From assembly GCA_963798915.1 (NCBI GenBank), contig CAWCVB010000002.1, forward strand, positions 32,001-96,000: 64,000 nucleotides of DNA, read 5' to 3'. The DNA is from an uncultured Gemmatimonadales bacterium (GTDB lineage: Bacteria > Gemmatimonadota > Gemmatimonadetes > Gemmatimonadales > GWC2-71-9). The position numbers were made by a program, and so were the translations under genes. Position 1 is the stretch's first letter. The number at the start of each line of letters is the position of its first letter. The notes below the pieces were generated by a model, which saw nothing but the letters and a program-made list of their open reading frames with translations, searched no databases and was not told where the DNA came from. This document shows positions 11,240-20,528 of this stretch, one piece after another.

Positions 11240-11817
11240 CCACCGAACGGGACAGGATGCTGGCGGGCGAGCTCTTCGATTCCCGCGATCCCGAGCTGCT
11301 GGCGCTGTCGCATCGGGCCCGCGCGCTGCTCAGGCGTTTCAATGGCAGCGAGTCCACCGACACGGCGGCTCGTCATGCGGCGCTTGCCGAGCTGCTGGGG
11401 AGCGTGGGCGATGATGTGTGGATCGAGCCGCCGATTTTCTGCGAGTACGGAGCGCATGTACATCTGGGCAGCCGCGTGTTCATTCATGTCAACGCCGTCC
11501 TGCTCGATGCCGCCGAAATCCGGATCGGGGACGATACCCTGATCGGGCCCGGCGTCCAGCTGATTACGGCGACCCACCCGCTCCCTGCCGACGAGCGGAT
11601 CGTGTCCGGCTGGACTCGCGAGTCGGGCCGGGCGCCGTATCGGACCAGCGCCAAGCCTGTCACGGTCGGACGCCGAGTGTGGATTGGCGCCGGCAGTATC
11701 CTGACGCCGGGTGTTTCCATTGGTGACGATGCGACCATCGGCGCCGGCAGCGTGGTGACCCGCGACATGCCTTCCGGCTGCGTCGCGTTCGGCCAGCCAT
11801 GCAAGGTGAGGGGTTAG
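11236..11817 (+). CDS. sugar (maltose/galactoside) O-acetyltransferase
   Basis: MLAGELF, IEPPIFCEYG, hexapeptide repeats, IGAGSVVTRD. Confidence 0.92.
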   Translation: MTTERDRMLAGELFDSRDPELLALSHRARALLRRFNGSESTDTAARHAALAELLGSVGDDVWIEPPIFCEYGAHVHLGSRVFIHVNAVLLDAAEIRIGDDTLIGPGVQLITATHPLPADERIVSGWTRESGRAPYRTSAKPVTVGRRVWIGAGSILTPGVSIGDDATIGAGSVVTRDMPSGCVAFGQPCKVRG

Positions 11818-11930
11818 GAGATGGGGATTAGGGGCTGGGGATTAGGGGTTAGGGGAGGATGAAGCCGTTCCTGGCCCCTGGTGCCTCGTCCCTCGTCCCT
11901 CGTCCCTAATCCCTAGCCCCCCGCTCCCTA
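11811..11930. repeat. G-rich/C-rich heptamer arrays (GGGGATTA/GGGGTTA ... CTCGTCC, CCCTAAT)
   Basis: Five GGGG tracts at 11823-11855, followed by a partly complementary C-rich array. Confidence 0.85.
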
Positions 11931-12086
11931 GTCCGAAACTTGCATTCCCCCGTACAACGAGCGACCATTGGTCGCCTCCGACTCACAACTGCTCAAGGAT
12001 GAATGGCGAAGTGCCGCATTTCCGTGACGATCGCAATGGTCGTTCCGGTTCCCGCGCCGCTGCGCCACCTGGACAAGGATCAGCTG

Positions 12087-12986
12087 ATGGCGCGGTGCCG
12101 CCTCACATTCCTGGCCGTTCTGCTGCTGGCAGCAGGCTGTGCGCCCCCGCCGAGCGTGGCTCCCGTGGGTGCCGCGGCAGCGACCGGATTTCGCAGCGCC
12201 GGCGATTCCATGCTGGCGGCGTCGCTCGAGGTGGGAGGCATGCGGGTGACGAGGGGCCGGATCACGGTGCTGGCGCCGCGGGATGCGCTGGACCATGCCA
12301 CGCTGGCGGCGCTGGCCGACAGCCTGGCCCGGGGCTACGCGGCGCTGGGCGAAATGTTCCGCTCTACCCATGGCTGGCATCGCTACGACAATCCCGCTAT
12401 CCGGATCTATCTTGGCTCCCGCTCCGGTGGCGCGCTGACCGATGCGCGCTCGCGCATCTTCTTCCCGCTGGAGTGGACCGAACGGAGCCGCACCACGCTC
12501 CTGCATGAGATCGCGCATGTGTTCCTGATGCCGCGCCGCCCGATGGCCTTTGAGGCCAGTGATGCGGGCGAGGTGGCGAGGCTGCTGCGCAACCGGGCGT
12601 TCTGGTTCGACGAGGGGATGGCAGAGTACGCCGCACAACTCACGGCACGACAGATCGGCTTCCCGGCGGAAGATCCGTGGGGCACCGACTACGCCGCCGG
12701 CCTGGATGCGGCATGCGCCGGCTGGGCCGCGACGCCCCGGAGCGAGGGGGCGCTGGCCAACGTGGGACGGCCAGGACCGCCGCTACTCCGGACCCGGATC
12801 GAGATCGGGACGTTCTACGTCTGCTCCCAGTCGTTTGTCGCCTTCCTGGTGGATCACATCGGGTTGCGCACCACCCTGACACTCGGCGCTTCCGACGATG
12901 TGGATGCTCGGCTCACGGCCGTCACGCCGAAGTCGCTGGAGGAGTGGCGGGCGGAATGGTGGGCGGGACTCGGCGCGACACACTAG
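12087..12986 (+). CDS. lipoprotein, putative gluzincin metallopeptidase
   Basis: LLLAAG-C lipobox; LLHEIAH plus WFDEGMAEY third ligand. Confidence 0.7.
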   Translation: MARCRLTFLAVLLLAAGCAPPPSVAPVGAAAATGFRSAGDSMLAASLEVGGMRVTRGRITVLAPRDALDHATLAALADSLARGYAALGEMFRSTHGWHRYDNPAIRIYLGSRSGGALTDARSRIFFPLEWTERSRTTLLHEIAHVFLMPRRPMAFEASDAGEVARLLRNRAFWFDEGMAEYAAQLTARQIGFPAEDPWGTDYAAGLDAACAGWAATPRSEGALANVGRPGPPLLRTRIEIGTFYVCSQSFVAFLVDHIGLRTTLTLGASDDVDARLTAVTPKSLEEWRAEWWAGLGATH

Positions 12987-13136
12987 CACCGGCAGGAAAG
13001 CGGGAAATCGAGGGCGGTCCAACGGGCCGCCCTTGCTGCGTTCGGGATTCGGCGCCTCCAGTGACGCTTACCGACCAACCCGTCCCACCGCATATTGTCG
13101 GGACTGATCCCGTCCAGCTACGGAAGGAATATTCTC

Positions 13137-14009
13137 ATGTTGCATCTGGTCCTTGGCGGCACCGGCAGGGTTGGACGAGCGCTGATTGCCGAGCTGCTCG
13201 ATCGCGGCGAATCGGTCCGGGTGCTCACCCGGTCGGCCGAGCAGGACGCCGCTCTTCCGGACTCCGTCTCGGTGGTGGTGGGTGATCTCGAAGATCCGCC
13301 AAGCGTTGCGGCAGCGTTTCGCGGGGTGGATACCCTGATGCTGACCATCGCGGTCGCTGCGACCGAGCTGCAGCAGGGACTGGTCGCCCTCGAGGAAGCC
13401 AGGCGGGCCCACGTCGGACGAATCGTCTATCTGTCGGTGCAAGGGGCCGAGCTGGCGCTGCATATCCCGCATTTCGCAGCGAAGGTGGCCATGGAGAGCG
13501 CGCTCCGGGCAAGTGGGCTGCCGCATGTCATCCTCCGGCCCAACAATTACTTCCAGAACGATCATTACATGAAGGACGCTATCCTGAAGTACGGCGTCTA
13601 TCCGCAGCCCCTCGGCGAGCGAGGTGTTTCGTGCGTGGATGTGCGGGACGTGGCGGCAGCCGCGGCCCGGGCGCTCATGGGCGCTGGCGAGCCAGGCAGC
13701 ACCCATGTCATTGCCGGTGCCGAGCCGCTGACGGGAACGCTCTGTGCCGAGCGCTACTCCACCGCACTGAACCGGGAAATTCATTATCTCGGTGATGATC
13801 TGGCGCAGTGGGGAGGCATGGTGAGCGCGGGGCGTCCATCCTGGGTAGTGTACGACCTGCAGCTCATGTATGCCCAGTTTCAGGGTTCGGGGCTCCGCGC
13901 CACGGCAGGGGACCTGGCCCAGTCGCGGGCGGCGGTGGGCCAAGCGCCCCGGCGCCACCATGATTTCGTGCAGGAAACGGTGGCGGCATGGGGCACGTCG
14001 GCGTCATGA
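13137..14009 (+). CDS. NmrA-like NAD(P)-binding protein
   Basis: VLGGTGRVG Rossmann motif, ILRPNNYFQN, VDVRDVA. Confidence 0.88.
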   Translation: MLHLVLGGTGRVGRALIAELLDRGESVRVLTRSAEQDAALPDSVSVVVGDLEDPPSVAAAFRGVDTLMLTIAVAATELQQGLVALEEARRAHVGRIVYLSVQGAELALHIPHFAAKVAMESALRASGLPHVILRPNNYFQNDHYMKDAILKYGVYPQPLGERGVSCVDVRDVAAAAARALMGAGEPGSTHVIAGAEPLTGTLCAERYSTALNREIHYLGDDLAQWGGMVSAGRPSWVVYDLQLMYAQFQGSGLRATAGDLAQSRAAVGQAPRRHHDFVQETVAAWGTSAS

Positions 14010-14101
14010 TGCCCGAGGCGGCTGTCCACTCCGACAACCGCCTGTCCCGGCCGGCTTGCGGGGCGGAGGGCACCGCATTCACACTTCCAGCCCGTTCTTG
14101 A

Positions 14102-14716
14102 GTGAGATATTCCGTGTCCAGAGTTCTCATTGCCGCACTGCTGCTGTTGCCTGCCACCGGCGGCCCGTCGCAGGTCAGCCGAACCGAGACGATGTACCTG
14201 GCTGGCGGCTGCTACTGGGGAGTCGAATCGGTCTTTGAGCATGTGAAAGGGGTCACGTCAGTCGTCTCGGGCCTGGCGTATCCCCGAACCGACTCGGTGG
14301 CTGGCATCGTTCGCCGTCCCAATCATGCCGGCCTGGCCGAGGCGGTCCGCATCAAGTATGACCCGGAAAAGATCTCCCGCGGCCAGGTGCTGCAGATCTT
14401 TTTCACCGTGGCCCACGATCCGACCCAGCTCGACCGCCAGGGTCCCGACGTAGGCGCGCGCTACCGGTCTGCCATGTTCGTCACCGATACCACGGAACTC
14501 CCGGCCGCCCGCGCCTATCTCGATTCACTTCGGGGCGCCGCCAGGCCGGACCGGCCGGTCGTCACCGATCTCGTCATGCTTGATCATTTCAAGGTCGTTC
14601 CCGATGAACAGCAGGATTTCGCGGCCAGGCATCCGACCCTGCCCTACATCGTGGTGAATGACCGGCCGAAAATTGATCAGCTCAAGGCGCGCTACCCCCG
14701 CCTGTACGACAAGTAG
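14102..14716 (+). CDS. msrA: peptide-methionine (S)-S-oxide reductase, secreted, divergent
   Basis: LAGGCYWGVE, HDPTQLDRQGPDVGARYRSAMF; N-terminal signal peptide. Confidence 0.85.
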   Translation: MRYSVSRVLIAALLLLPATGGPSQVSRTETMYLAGGCYWGVESVFEHVKGVTSVVSGLAYPRTDSVAGIVRRPNHAGLAEAVRIKYDPEKISRGQVLQIFFTVAHDPTQLDRQGPDVGARYRSAMFVTDTTELPAARAYLDSLRGAARPDRPVVTDLVMLDHFKVVPDEQQDFAARHPTLPYIVVNDRPKIDQLKARYPRLYDK

Positions 14717-14779
14717 TCTCGACAGCGCGGCTCGCCCGGAGGCGATATAGTTCGCGTCATCTGTCTCCGGGGATCTTTC

Positions 14780-15010
14780 ATGCTGCAGGCCGTCTCGCTG
14801 CTTGGTGCCTTTCTCATTCTGCTGCCTTTTACCCTGACACAGCTCAATCGCCTCGCAGTCAGGACCGTACCCTATCAGGCCATGAACCTGTTCGGCTCGG
14901 GCCTGCTTGAAGTCGTGGCGCTGCTGGAGCGCCAGTACGGATTCATCTTGCTGGAAGCCGTCTGGGCGGGCGTGAGCCTGTGGGGCTTGGTCAAGGTCAT
15001 GAGGGCGTAA
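14780..15010 (+). CDS. small membrane protein (CBU_0592-like)
   Basis: Three hydrophobic helices; YQAMNLFGS, QYGFILLEAVW. Confidence 0.75.
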   Translation: MLQAVSLLGAFLILLPFTLTQLNRLAVRTVPYQAMNLFGSGLLEVVALLERQYGFILLEAVWAGVSLWGLVKVMRA

Positions 15011-15068
15011 GCAGCTTGGCGGCGCGGCGGTCGAGCAACACTGGCTGAACTTCTGAGGTGTGAGGCCC

Positions 15069-15591
15069 ATGCGACGTAATCGAATGATCGGCTCGCTGTT
15101 CCTGCTTGCGCTGGCGGGCTGCGCCCAGCCCGCGCCGGGCGGCCCGGACGCGCACATGGGAAGAACCCTGGCCGGCTCGTGGAACATCAGCTTCACCCTG
15201 GACAGCCAGCTCGTCTCGCGGGATAACGATCCGCTGATGCGGTGGCAGCGGGCCGGCGATTCCGCCTCCATCTCCGGCAGCTTTCGCGGAAGCGGCGATC
15301 GGTCGGCCAGTGACTCGGCCGGCGTCCGCATTGGGAGCGTCACCGGCGTCATGGACGGTGGATTTCACCCCGCTCCTGGGCCGACAGATGTCCTGTTACA
15401 CGCCGGGCCGGAGGAGCATCGAGACCGAGTGGCACGGGGACCGGGTTGCCATCGTGTTCACCCCGGGTGCCGCCGACTGCGGTTTCGGCGGGGCGGCGAT
15501 CCTGCGCGGTGATACGTTGCGGGGCGTCTGGAGCGAGACCAGCTTCGTGGGGCCCACGGCGGTGGGAAAGTTCGAGATGATAAGGCGATGA
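15069..15591 (+). CDS. hypothetical lipoprotein, apparent frameshift near 15352
   Basis: LLALAG-C lipobox; coding continues in the next frame as TVDFTPLLGRQMSC...GKFEMIRR. Confidence 0.6.
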
Positions 15592-15615
15592 TCGACCCTC
15601 GACCCTCGACCCCAG

Positions 15616-15652
15616 AAACAAAACGCCCGGTGGGCAGGAGCTCACCGGGACG
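15616..15652 (-). terminator. intrinsic terminator of the cold-shock gene
   Basis: GC stem followed by TTTTGTTT on the minus strand. Confidence 0.7.
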
Positions 15653-15720
15653 CAAGTCACAGCAGGTTTTGATCACCCAGGCTGCTGTTGCCCTGGGGCC
15701 CGAAGGCTATGTCGTTCGGC

Positions 15721-15933
15721 TTACTTGGCGAGACGGGTAACGTTCTCGGCCGCCGGGCCCTTGGCGCCCTGGACGATCTCGAACTCCACCTGCTCACCTT
15801 CGGCCAAGCTCTTGAAGCCCTGACCCTGGATCGCCGAATGATGCACGAAGCAATCCTTCTGCCCGCCCTCAGGGGTGATGAAACCGAAGCCCTTGGCGTC
15901 GTTGAACCACTTCACTGTGCCGGTCGTACGCAT
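15721..15933 (-). CDS. cspA: cold-shock protein
   Basis: [15 protein letters not shown] (RNP1), FVHHSAI (RNP2), GPAAENV. Confidence 0.97.
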   Translation of the reverse strand: MRTTGTVKWFNDAKGFGFITPEGGQKDCFVHHSAIQGQGFKSLAEGEQVEFEIVQGAKGPAAENVTRLAK

Positions 15934-16192
15934 GTCCTACTCCATTGTGTTGTTGGTAATCGGAGTTCGGCAATGGCCGTACGGACCGACTACGTGTTGT
16001 GTGACCGTGAGCACGCCTCACGGCAGGCGTTGCGGTGATCCGCAACAAAAAAGGGGTCCCGCGCGAATCCGGGATCCCCAATTACGTCCTTGGAATCATC
16101 CTGTGTGCCCCGAAGGGCAATCGTGCCGCAACGCCTCAATATGACGTGACGGCCCCTGGAAGTCAAGATCGGGCTCGGAGGAGACCTGTGCC

Positions 16193-16354
16193 ATGAGCAA
16201 GATGCTGGGATTCATCGGAGCTACCGCGGGCGGCGCTGTTGGCTGGTGGGCCGGGGCGCATGTTGGCCTCATGACAGCGTTTATCGTAAGCACGGTAGGG
16301 ACCGGCGCCGGCCTCTACGGCGGCCGCCAAGTGGCAGACCGGCTGGGGTATTAG
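16193..16354 (+). CDS. 53-aa Gly-rich membrane protein (not in ORF track)
   Basis: GGAGGAG RBS; MSKMLGFIGATAGGAVGWWAGAHVGLMTAFIVSTVGTGAGLYGGRQVADRLGY*. Confidence 0.7.
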   Translation: MSKMLGFIGATAGGAVGWWAGAHVGLMTAFIVSTVGTGAGLYGGRQVADRLGY

Positions 16355-16355
16355 C

Positions 16356-16769
16356 TCAGCTGATCCCTGGTGGCGGGGAGCCCAGATGCTTCCGGATCAG
16401 GCGGGTCAGCACCCCAGGCGTGAACGGCTTCTTGAGCCAGTGCCGAGCCTGGTCGCGCTCACTCATGGCCTCGAGCCCCGCTGGCGGGGATGCCGACATG
16501 AAGAGCACCGCCACGTCAGGCCGGTCGGTGGCGAGCTGAAGGGCCAGCTGATCCCCCCGAAGCCGGGGCATCCGGACGTCGGCGAGCACCAGCCGCAGGC
16601 CCGGACCGGCGGCACGGGCCATCCCCAGTGCCTCCACACCATCCCGAGCCTCCAGCACCCGGTGACCAGCCGACTGGATGATCCGGGCGGCAAGGGAGCG
16701 CACGCCGGGCTCATCGTCGGCGACGATTACGATGGAGTCCGATTCCACTTGAAATGGCCTCCGCGCCAC
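16356..16769 (-). CDS. single-domain response regulator
   Basis: IVIVADDE, LVLADVRMP, LFMSA, LKKPFT. Confidence 0.9.
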   Translation of the reverse strand: MARRPFQVESDSIVIVADDEPGVRSLAARIIQSAGHRVLEARDGVEALGMARAAGPGLRLVLADVRMPRLRGDQLALQLATDRPDVAVLFMSASPPAGLEAMSERDQARHWLKKPFTPGVLTRLIRKHLGSPPPGIS

Positions 16770-16880
16770 GCGCTCGGGTGGCTCAACCGGCCGCTCTGCC
16801 GGATGGGGTGGGGGTCCGGCAAATCTAGCCTGACACCGGCCGCCCGGGAGAGGGCGCGGCCGGAGCCGGCTGGCGCCCGC

Positions 16881-17281
16881 CTATTGGGGCGGGATATCGA
16901 GGGTGACCCGCTGTCCCTGCTGGAGGGTGAGCGGTTCGCTGCTGACCGAGCGGCCCGAGACTAGCGGCTTGGCCAGGATAGTGACCTGGCCACCTCCCAC
17001 GTACTGGACCGGGGCCAGCGAATACCGGGTCGTCTGGCCGGCTGGTGCGAGCCCGATCCGGGCCGGGAGGGCGCCCCGGACCAGGAAGACATCCATGTCC
17101 CAGGTTGAGCGGTTGGTCACGAGCAGTGTGACATTCTTTGGCGGCGCGGCACTCTCCCCCGCCGGACTGGCCTCGGACCTGGTACTATTGCCCGCACATC
17201 CGGCCGCCAGCAGAAGGATCAGGCAGCCGCCGCCCGGGTGCGGCGGCTGGCGCCGGCAATATGTTCAGCGTGTGATTTCAT
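16881..17281 (-). CDS. hypothetical lipoprotein, apparent frameshift near 17235
   Basis: GGAGG RBS and ATG at 17281; the lipobox LILLLAAG-C and the rest (VTNRSTWDMDVF...LDIPPQ) are in another frame. Confidence 0.6.
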
Positions 17282-17359
17282 GTTGTCCCTCCATGCGAGT
17301 GGGATGACTCCCACGTGGTAACCTATATAAGAATGACCCGGAACCGGCGGAGGCAGGGA

Positions 17360-17959
17360 ATGACCGGCAGAGATCCACGGGTGGATGCCTACATCCGAAA
17401 AGCCGCCCCGTTTGCACAGCCGCTGCTCACCCATTTTCGCGCGGAGGTGCACCGGACCTGCCCGGCGGTCACGGAGACCATCAAGTGGGGCGCACCCCAC
17501 TTCGTTTACGAGGGCAATCTCTGCCACATGGCGGCCTTCAAGCAGCATTGCGCCTTCGGCTTCTGGAAGGGATCCCTGCTGCTTCCTGAGGATGACCCGA
17601 AGCGGGCTGAAGCGATGGGCCACCTTGGGCGTGTCACCAGTCTCAGGGACTTTCCATCAGTGTCCCGCCTGCGAGCCCTGATTCGCAACGCCATGCGACT
17701 CAATGAGCAGGGGGTCAAGCCGGTGCGCCGAGCCCGGGCGCCCAAGCCTCCGGTGGTCGAGCCGCCCGATCTCAAGCGGGCGCTGCGAGCCGCCCCCGAT
17801 GCGCAGAAGACATGGGCCGCATTCGCTCCCAGTCACCGGCGGGAATACATCGAGTGGATCAACGAGGCCAAGCGTGAAGAGACCCGGAACAAGCGGGTGG
17901 CCACGACGCTCGAGTGGCTCGCCGAGGGCAAGTCCCGGAATTGGAAATACCAGCGCTGA
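17360..17959 (+). CDS. YdeI/OmpD-associated (DUF1801+OmdA) protein
   Basis: DPRVDAYI, ETIKWGAPHF, REYIEWINEAKREETR, RNWKY. Confidence 0.92.
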   Translation: MTGRDPRVDAYIRKAAPFAQPLLTHFRAEVHRTCPAVTETIKWGAPHFVYEGNLCHMAAFKQHCAFGFWKGSLLLPEDDPKRAEAMGHLGRVTSLRDFPSVSRLRALIRNAMRLNEQGVKPVRRARAPKPPVVEPPDLKRALRAAPDAQKTWAAFAPSHRREYIEWINEAKREETRNKRVATTLEWLAEGKSRNWKYQR

Positions 17960-18113
17960 GCCATCGGGCCGGCGGCGCATGGCTTTTCGTGGGCGACTGT
18001 CCAGCGTAGCTTCCCGAAGGTCCGGGCGGCCCTTCACGGCACGGTCCCCGGACATGACAGCGGTTGTCCCGTGCCGACCTCACTGCCGCCAAATGGCGGA
18101 GATCGGAGCAGCA

Positions 18114-18314
18114 ATGGCCACCAAGCTCGAGAAGACCATCAAGCGCGAACTGGAACTGGGTGACAAGCTCTATACCGTTTCGATCGGCCCCGAAGGGCTG
18201 AAGATCACCCCCAAGGGTGGGCGGAAGGGTGCGGAATTCAGCTGGCCGCAACTGATCCGCGAGCTCGATGGCGGACCGGCCAACGGCGGCATGGGTGGCG
18301 GATTCGGGGGGTGA
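18114..18314 (+). CDS. small hypothetical protein
   Basis: GGAG RBS; MATKLEKTIKRELEL...KGGRKGAEFSW; stop overlaps the next start. Confidence 0.7.
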   Translation: MATKLEKTIKRELELGDKLYTVSIGPEGLKITPKGGRKGAEFSWPQLIRELDGGPANGGMGGGFGG

Positions 18315-18739
18315 GGCCCGGGTCCGCTGCCAGCACGTGGCGCGGCTGGTCGCCCCGGCTGCTGAGCATCCTGCGGATCGTCACTGCGTTTGTGTACATG
18401 GCCCACGGCACGCAGAAGCTCTTTGCCTTCCCGACGGGCATGGGGCCAGGCGGCGTCGGTACCGTGGACCTTGACACCATCTTCGGCGCCGCGGGCATCA
18501 TCGAGACGGTGGGCGGCGCGCTGCTGCTCATCGGGCTGTTTACGCGGCCAGTGGCCTTCCTGGTCGCCGGAGAGATGGCCGTGGCGTATTTCATGTTCCA
18601 CGGGCCACGCAATTTCTGGCCTCTCATCAATCATGGCGAGATCGTGGTGGTCTACTGCTTCCTCTGGCTCTACATCTCTTCGGCCGGCGGCGGGCCGTGG
18701 AGCGTGGATGCAGTGAGGGGGCGGTCGGCTGAAGGCTGA
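18311..18739 (+). CDS. DoxX family membrane protein
   Basis: LRIV..HGTQKLF, LLLIGLFTRPVAF, GEMAVAYF, GGGPWSVD. Confidence 0.92.
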   Translation: MRPGSAASTWRGWSPRLLSILRIVTAFVYMAHGTQKLFAFPTGMGPGGVGTVDLDTIFGAAGIIETVGGALLLIGLFTRPVAFLVAGEMAVAYFMFHGPRNFWPLINHGEIVVVYCFLWLYISSAGGGPWSVDAVRGRSAEG

Positions 18740-18761
18740 AGGCTGAAGGCGGACGCCACCC

Positions 18762-19241
18762 ATGCCCTCACTTGACCCGAGCGTTGACATCGGCCATGTG
18801 CACCTCAAGGTGGCCGACCTGGACCGGGCGCTGGCGTTCTACCATGATGTCCTCGGATTCGACGTGACCCGGCGGCTCGGCAACGGTGCTGCGTTCCTCA
18901 GTGCGGGCGGATACCACCATCATATCGGCCTCAACACCTGGGAAAGCCGGGGCGGCTCAGCGCCGCCCCCGGGTACCACCGGTCTCTATCATGTCGCGAT
19001 TCGATATCCTGATCGCCGGTCGCTGGCGGATGCGCTTCGGCGGCTGGACGAGGCCGGCATTCCACTCGATGGCGCGGCGGACCACGGCGTGAGCGAGGCG
19101 CTCTACCTGCATGACCCGGACGGCAATGGCATCGAACTCTACCGCGACCGCCCGGAAGAGGACTGGCCCCGGACCGACAGCGGCGAGCTGGAAATGGGAG
19201 GGTCTCCGCTCGACCTGGCGGCCTTGCGGCGGGAAGCGTGA
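18762..19241 (+). CDS. VOC family protein (CatE-like glyoxalase/extradiol dioxygenase)
   Basis: IGHVHLKV, GGYHHHIGLNTW, DHGVSEALYLHDPDGNGIELY. Confidence 0.92.
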   Translation: MPSLDPSVDIGHVHLKVADLDRALAFYHDVLGFDVTRRLGNGAAFLSAGGYHHHIGLNTWESRGGSAPPPGTTGLYHVAIRYPDRRSLADALRRLDEAGIPLDGAADHGVSEALYLHDPDGNGIELYRDRPEEDWPRTDSGELEMGGSPLDLAALRREA

Positions 19242-19681
19242 TTCCTCTGGTCGTCATGCTGGCAGCGGCGCTTGGTGCACGGGTGGCCGGCCCCCATGAC
19301 TGGCTCTCCCTGGCCAGTTGGCAGCCAGCAGCACGGGTGGGCCTCAGCTTGATGTTCCTCTTTACCGGCGCGGCCCATTTCACCCGCACGCGCCGGGATC
19401 TGATCCGCATGGCGCCGCCGTTCGTACCCAACCCAGCGCTTGCCGTGACCCTGACCGGTGTGGCCGAGCTGGCAGGTGCGCTGGGGCTGCTGTTTCAGCC
19501 CACCGCGCGCTGGGCCGCGCTTGGCCTGGTGCTGCTGCTCGTCGCCATGTTTCCGGCCAACGTCCATGCCGCACGCGCTGGCCATCTCATCGAAGGGCGG
19601 CGGCACATGCCGATTGTCCCGCGCACCGCCCTGCAAGCCGGCTGGATGATCCTGCTGATCTGGTGCACCTGGGCGCGATAG
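19238..19681 (+). CDS. DoxX-like membrane protein
   Basis: FTGAAHF, TGVAELAGALGLL, AMFPANV. Confidence 0.85.
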   Translation: MIPLVVMLAAALGARVAGPHDWLSLASWQPAARVGLSLMFLFTGAAHFTRTRRDLIRMAPPFVPNPALAVTLTGVAELAGALGLLFQPTARWAALGLVLLLVAMFPANVHAARAGHLIEGRRHMPIVPRTALQAGWMILLIWCTWAR

Positions 19682-19758
19682 GGTCGAGGGTCGAGGGTCC
19701 TCTTGCCAATTCGCCGGATCGGGCAAACGTTCAGAGATATGCGACCGAGGACCTTCCC

Positions 19759-20110
19759 GTGATTCGCACTGCTTCTGTTTTGTCGGCGCTGGCGCTTACC
19801 GGAGTGGTTGCCTGTCAGCCGAGGCCGGGCACGCCGGCCGGCTACGCTTTCCTTCCTGCCCGGCACCAACCGGGTGGCTGGTTTCAGTGGCTGCAACCGC
19901 GCTGGCGGCACCTATCAGGCGCATGGTGACAGCATCAGTTTTTCGCCAATGGTCATGACCCGCATGGCATGGAACAAGGGCATGGACCTGGAGCAGCGCT
20001 ACGCTGCCACGATTGATTCGGCCCGCACCTGGCGCCGTTCGGCAGACACGCTGGAGCTGAAGGCCGATGGTCGCCGCGTGCTTGCCCGCTTTCAACGTCC
20101 ATCCTCCTGA
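19759..20110 (+). pseudogene. META-domain lipoprotein, frameshifted and apparently lacking the first META strand
   Basis: Lipobox (GVVA-C) in one frame; AGFSGCNR...MTRMAW...LELK in another. Confidence 0.6.
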
Positions 20111-20125
20111 GGAGCTGCTTCCAGC

Positions 20126-20461
20126 ATGAACCATGACCTCACCACGACGGCGTTCACTCTGGACGGGTACGACATCATCCAGAACCTTGGCATTGTACGC
20201 GGCATCAGTGTCCGTTCGCGATCCGTGTTCGGCTCGATCGGCGCCAGGATCGAGACCATGTTCGGCGGCAACATCGCCCTGCTCACGACCCTGTGCGAGA
20301 AGACCCGCCGCGAGGCCTATGACATCATGATGGAGCACGCGGAGCATATGGGCGCCAATGCCGTGGTCGGCGTGCGGTATGACGCGACCGAATTGATGCC
20401 GGGCGTGAGCGAAGTGCTCTGTTACGGAACTGCTGTAGTCGTGGAGCAGATGGAACGCTGA
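20126..20461 (+). CDS. YbjQ (UPF0145) family protein
   Basis: LGIVRGISVRSR, GANAVVGVRYDA, YGTAVVV. Confidence 0.93.
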   Translation: MNHDLTTTAFTLDGYDIIQNLGIVRGISVRSRSVFGSIGARIETMFGGNIALLTTLCEKTRREAYDIMMEHAEHMGANAVVGVRYDATELMPGVSEVLCYGTAVVVEQMER

Positions 20462-20528
20462 GCGCTGAGCGCTGTGCGCTGAGCGCTTGACCTTTTCTCC
20501 TCTCGACCTCTCGACCAAGGAGACCACC

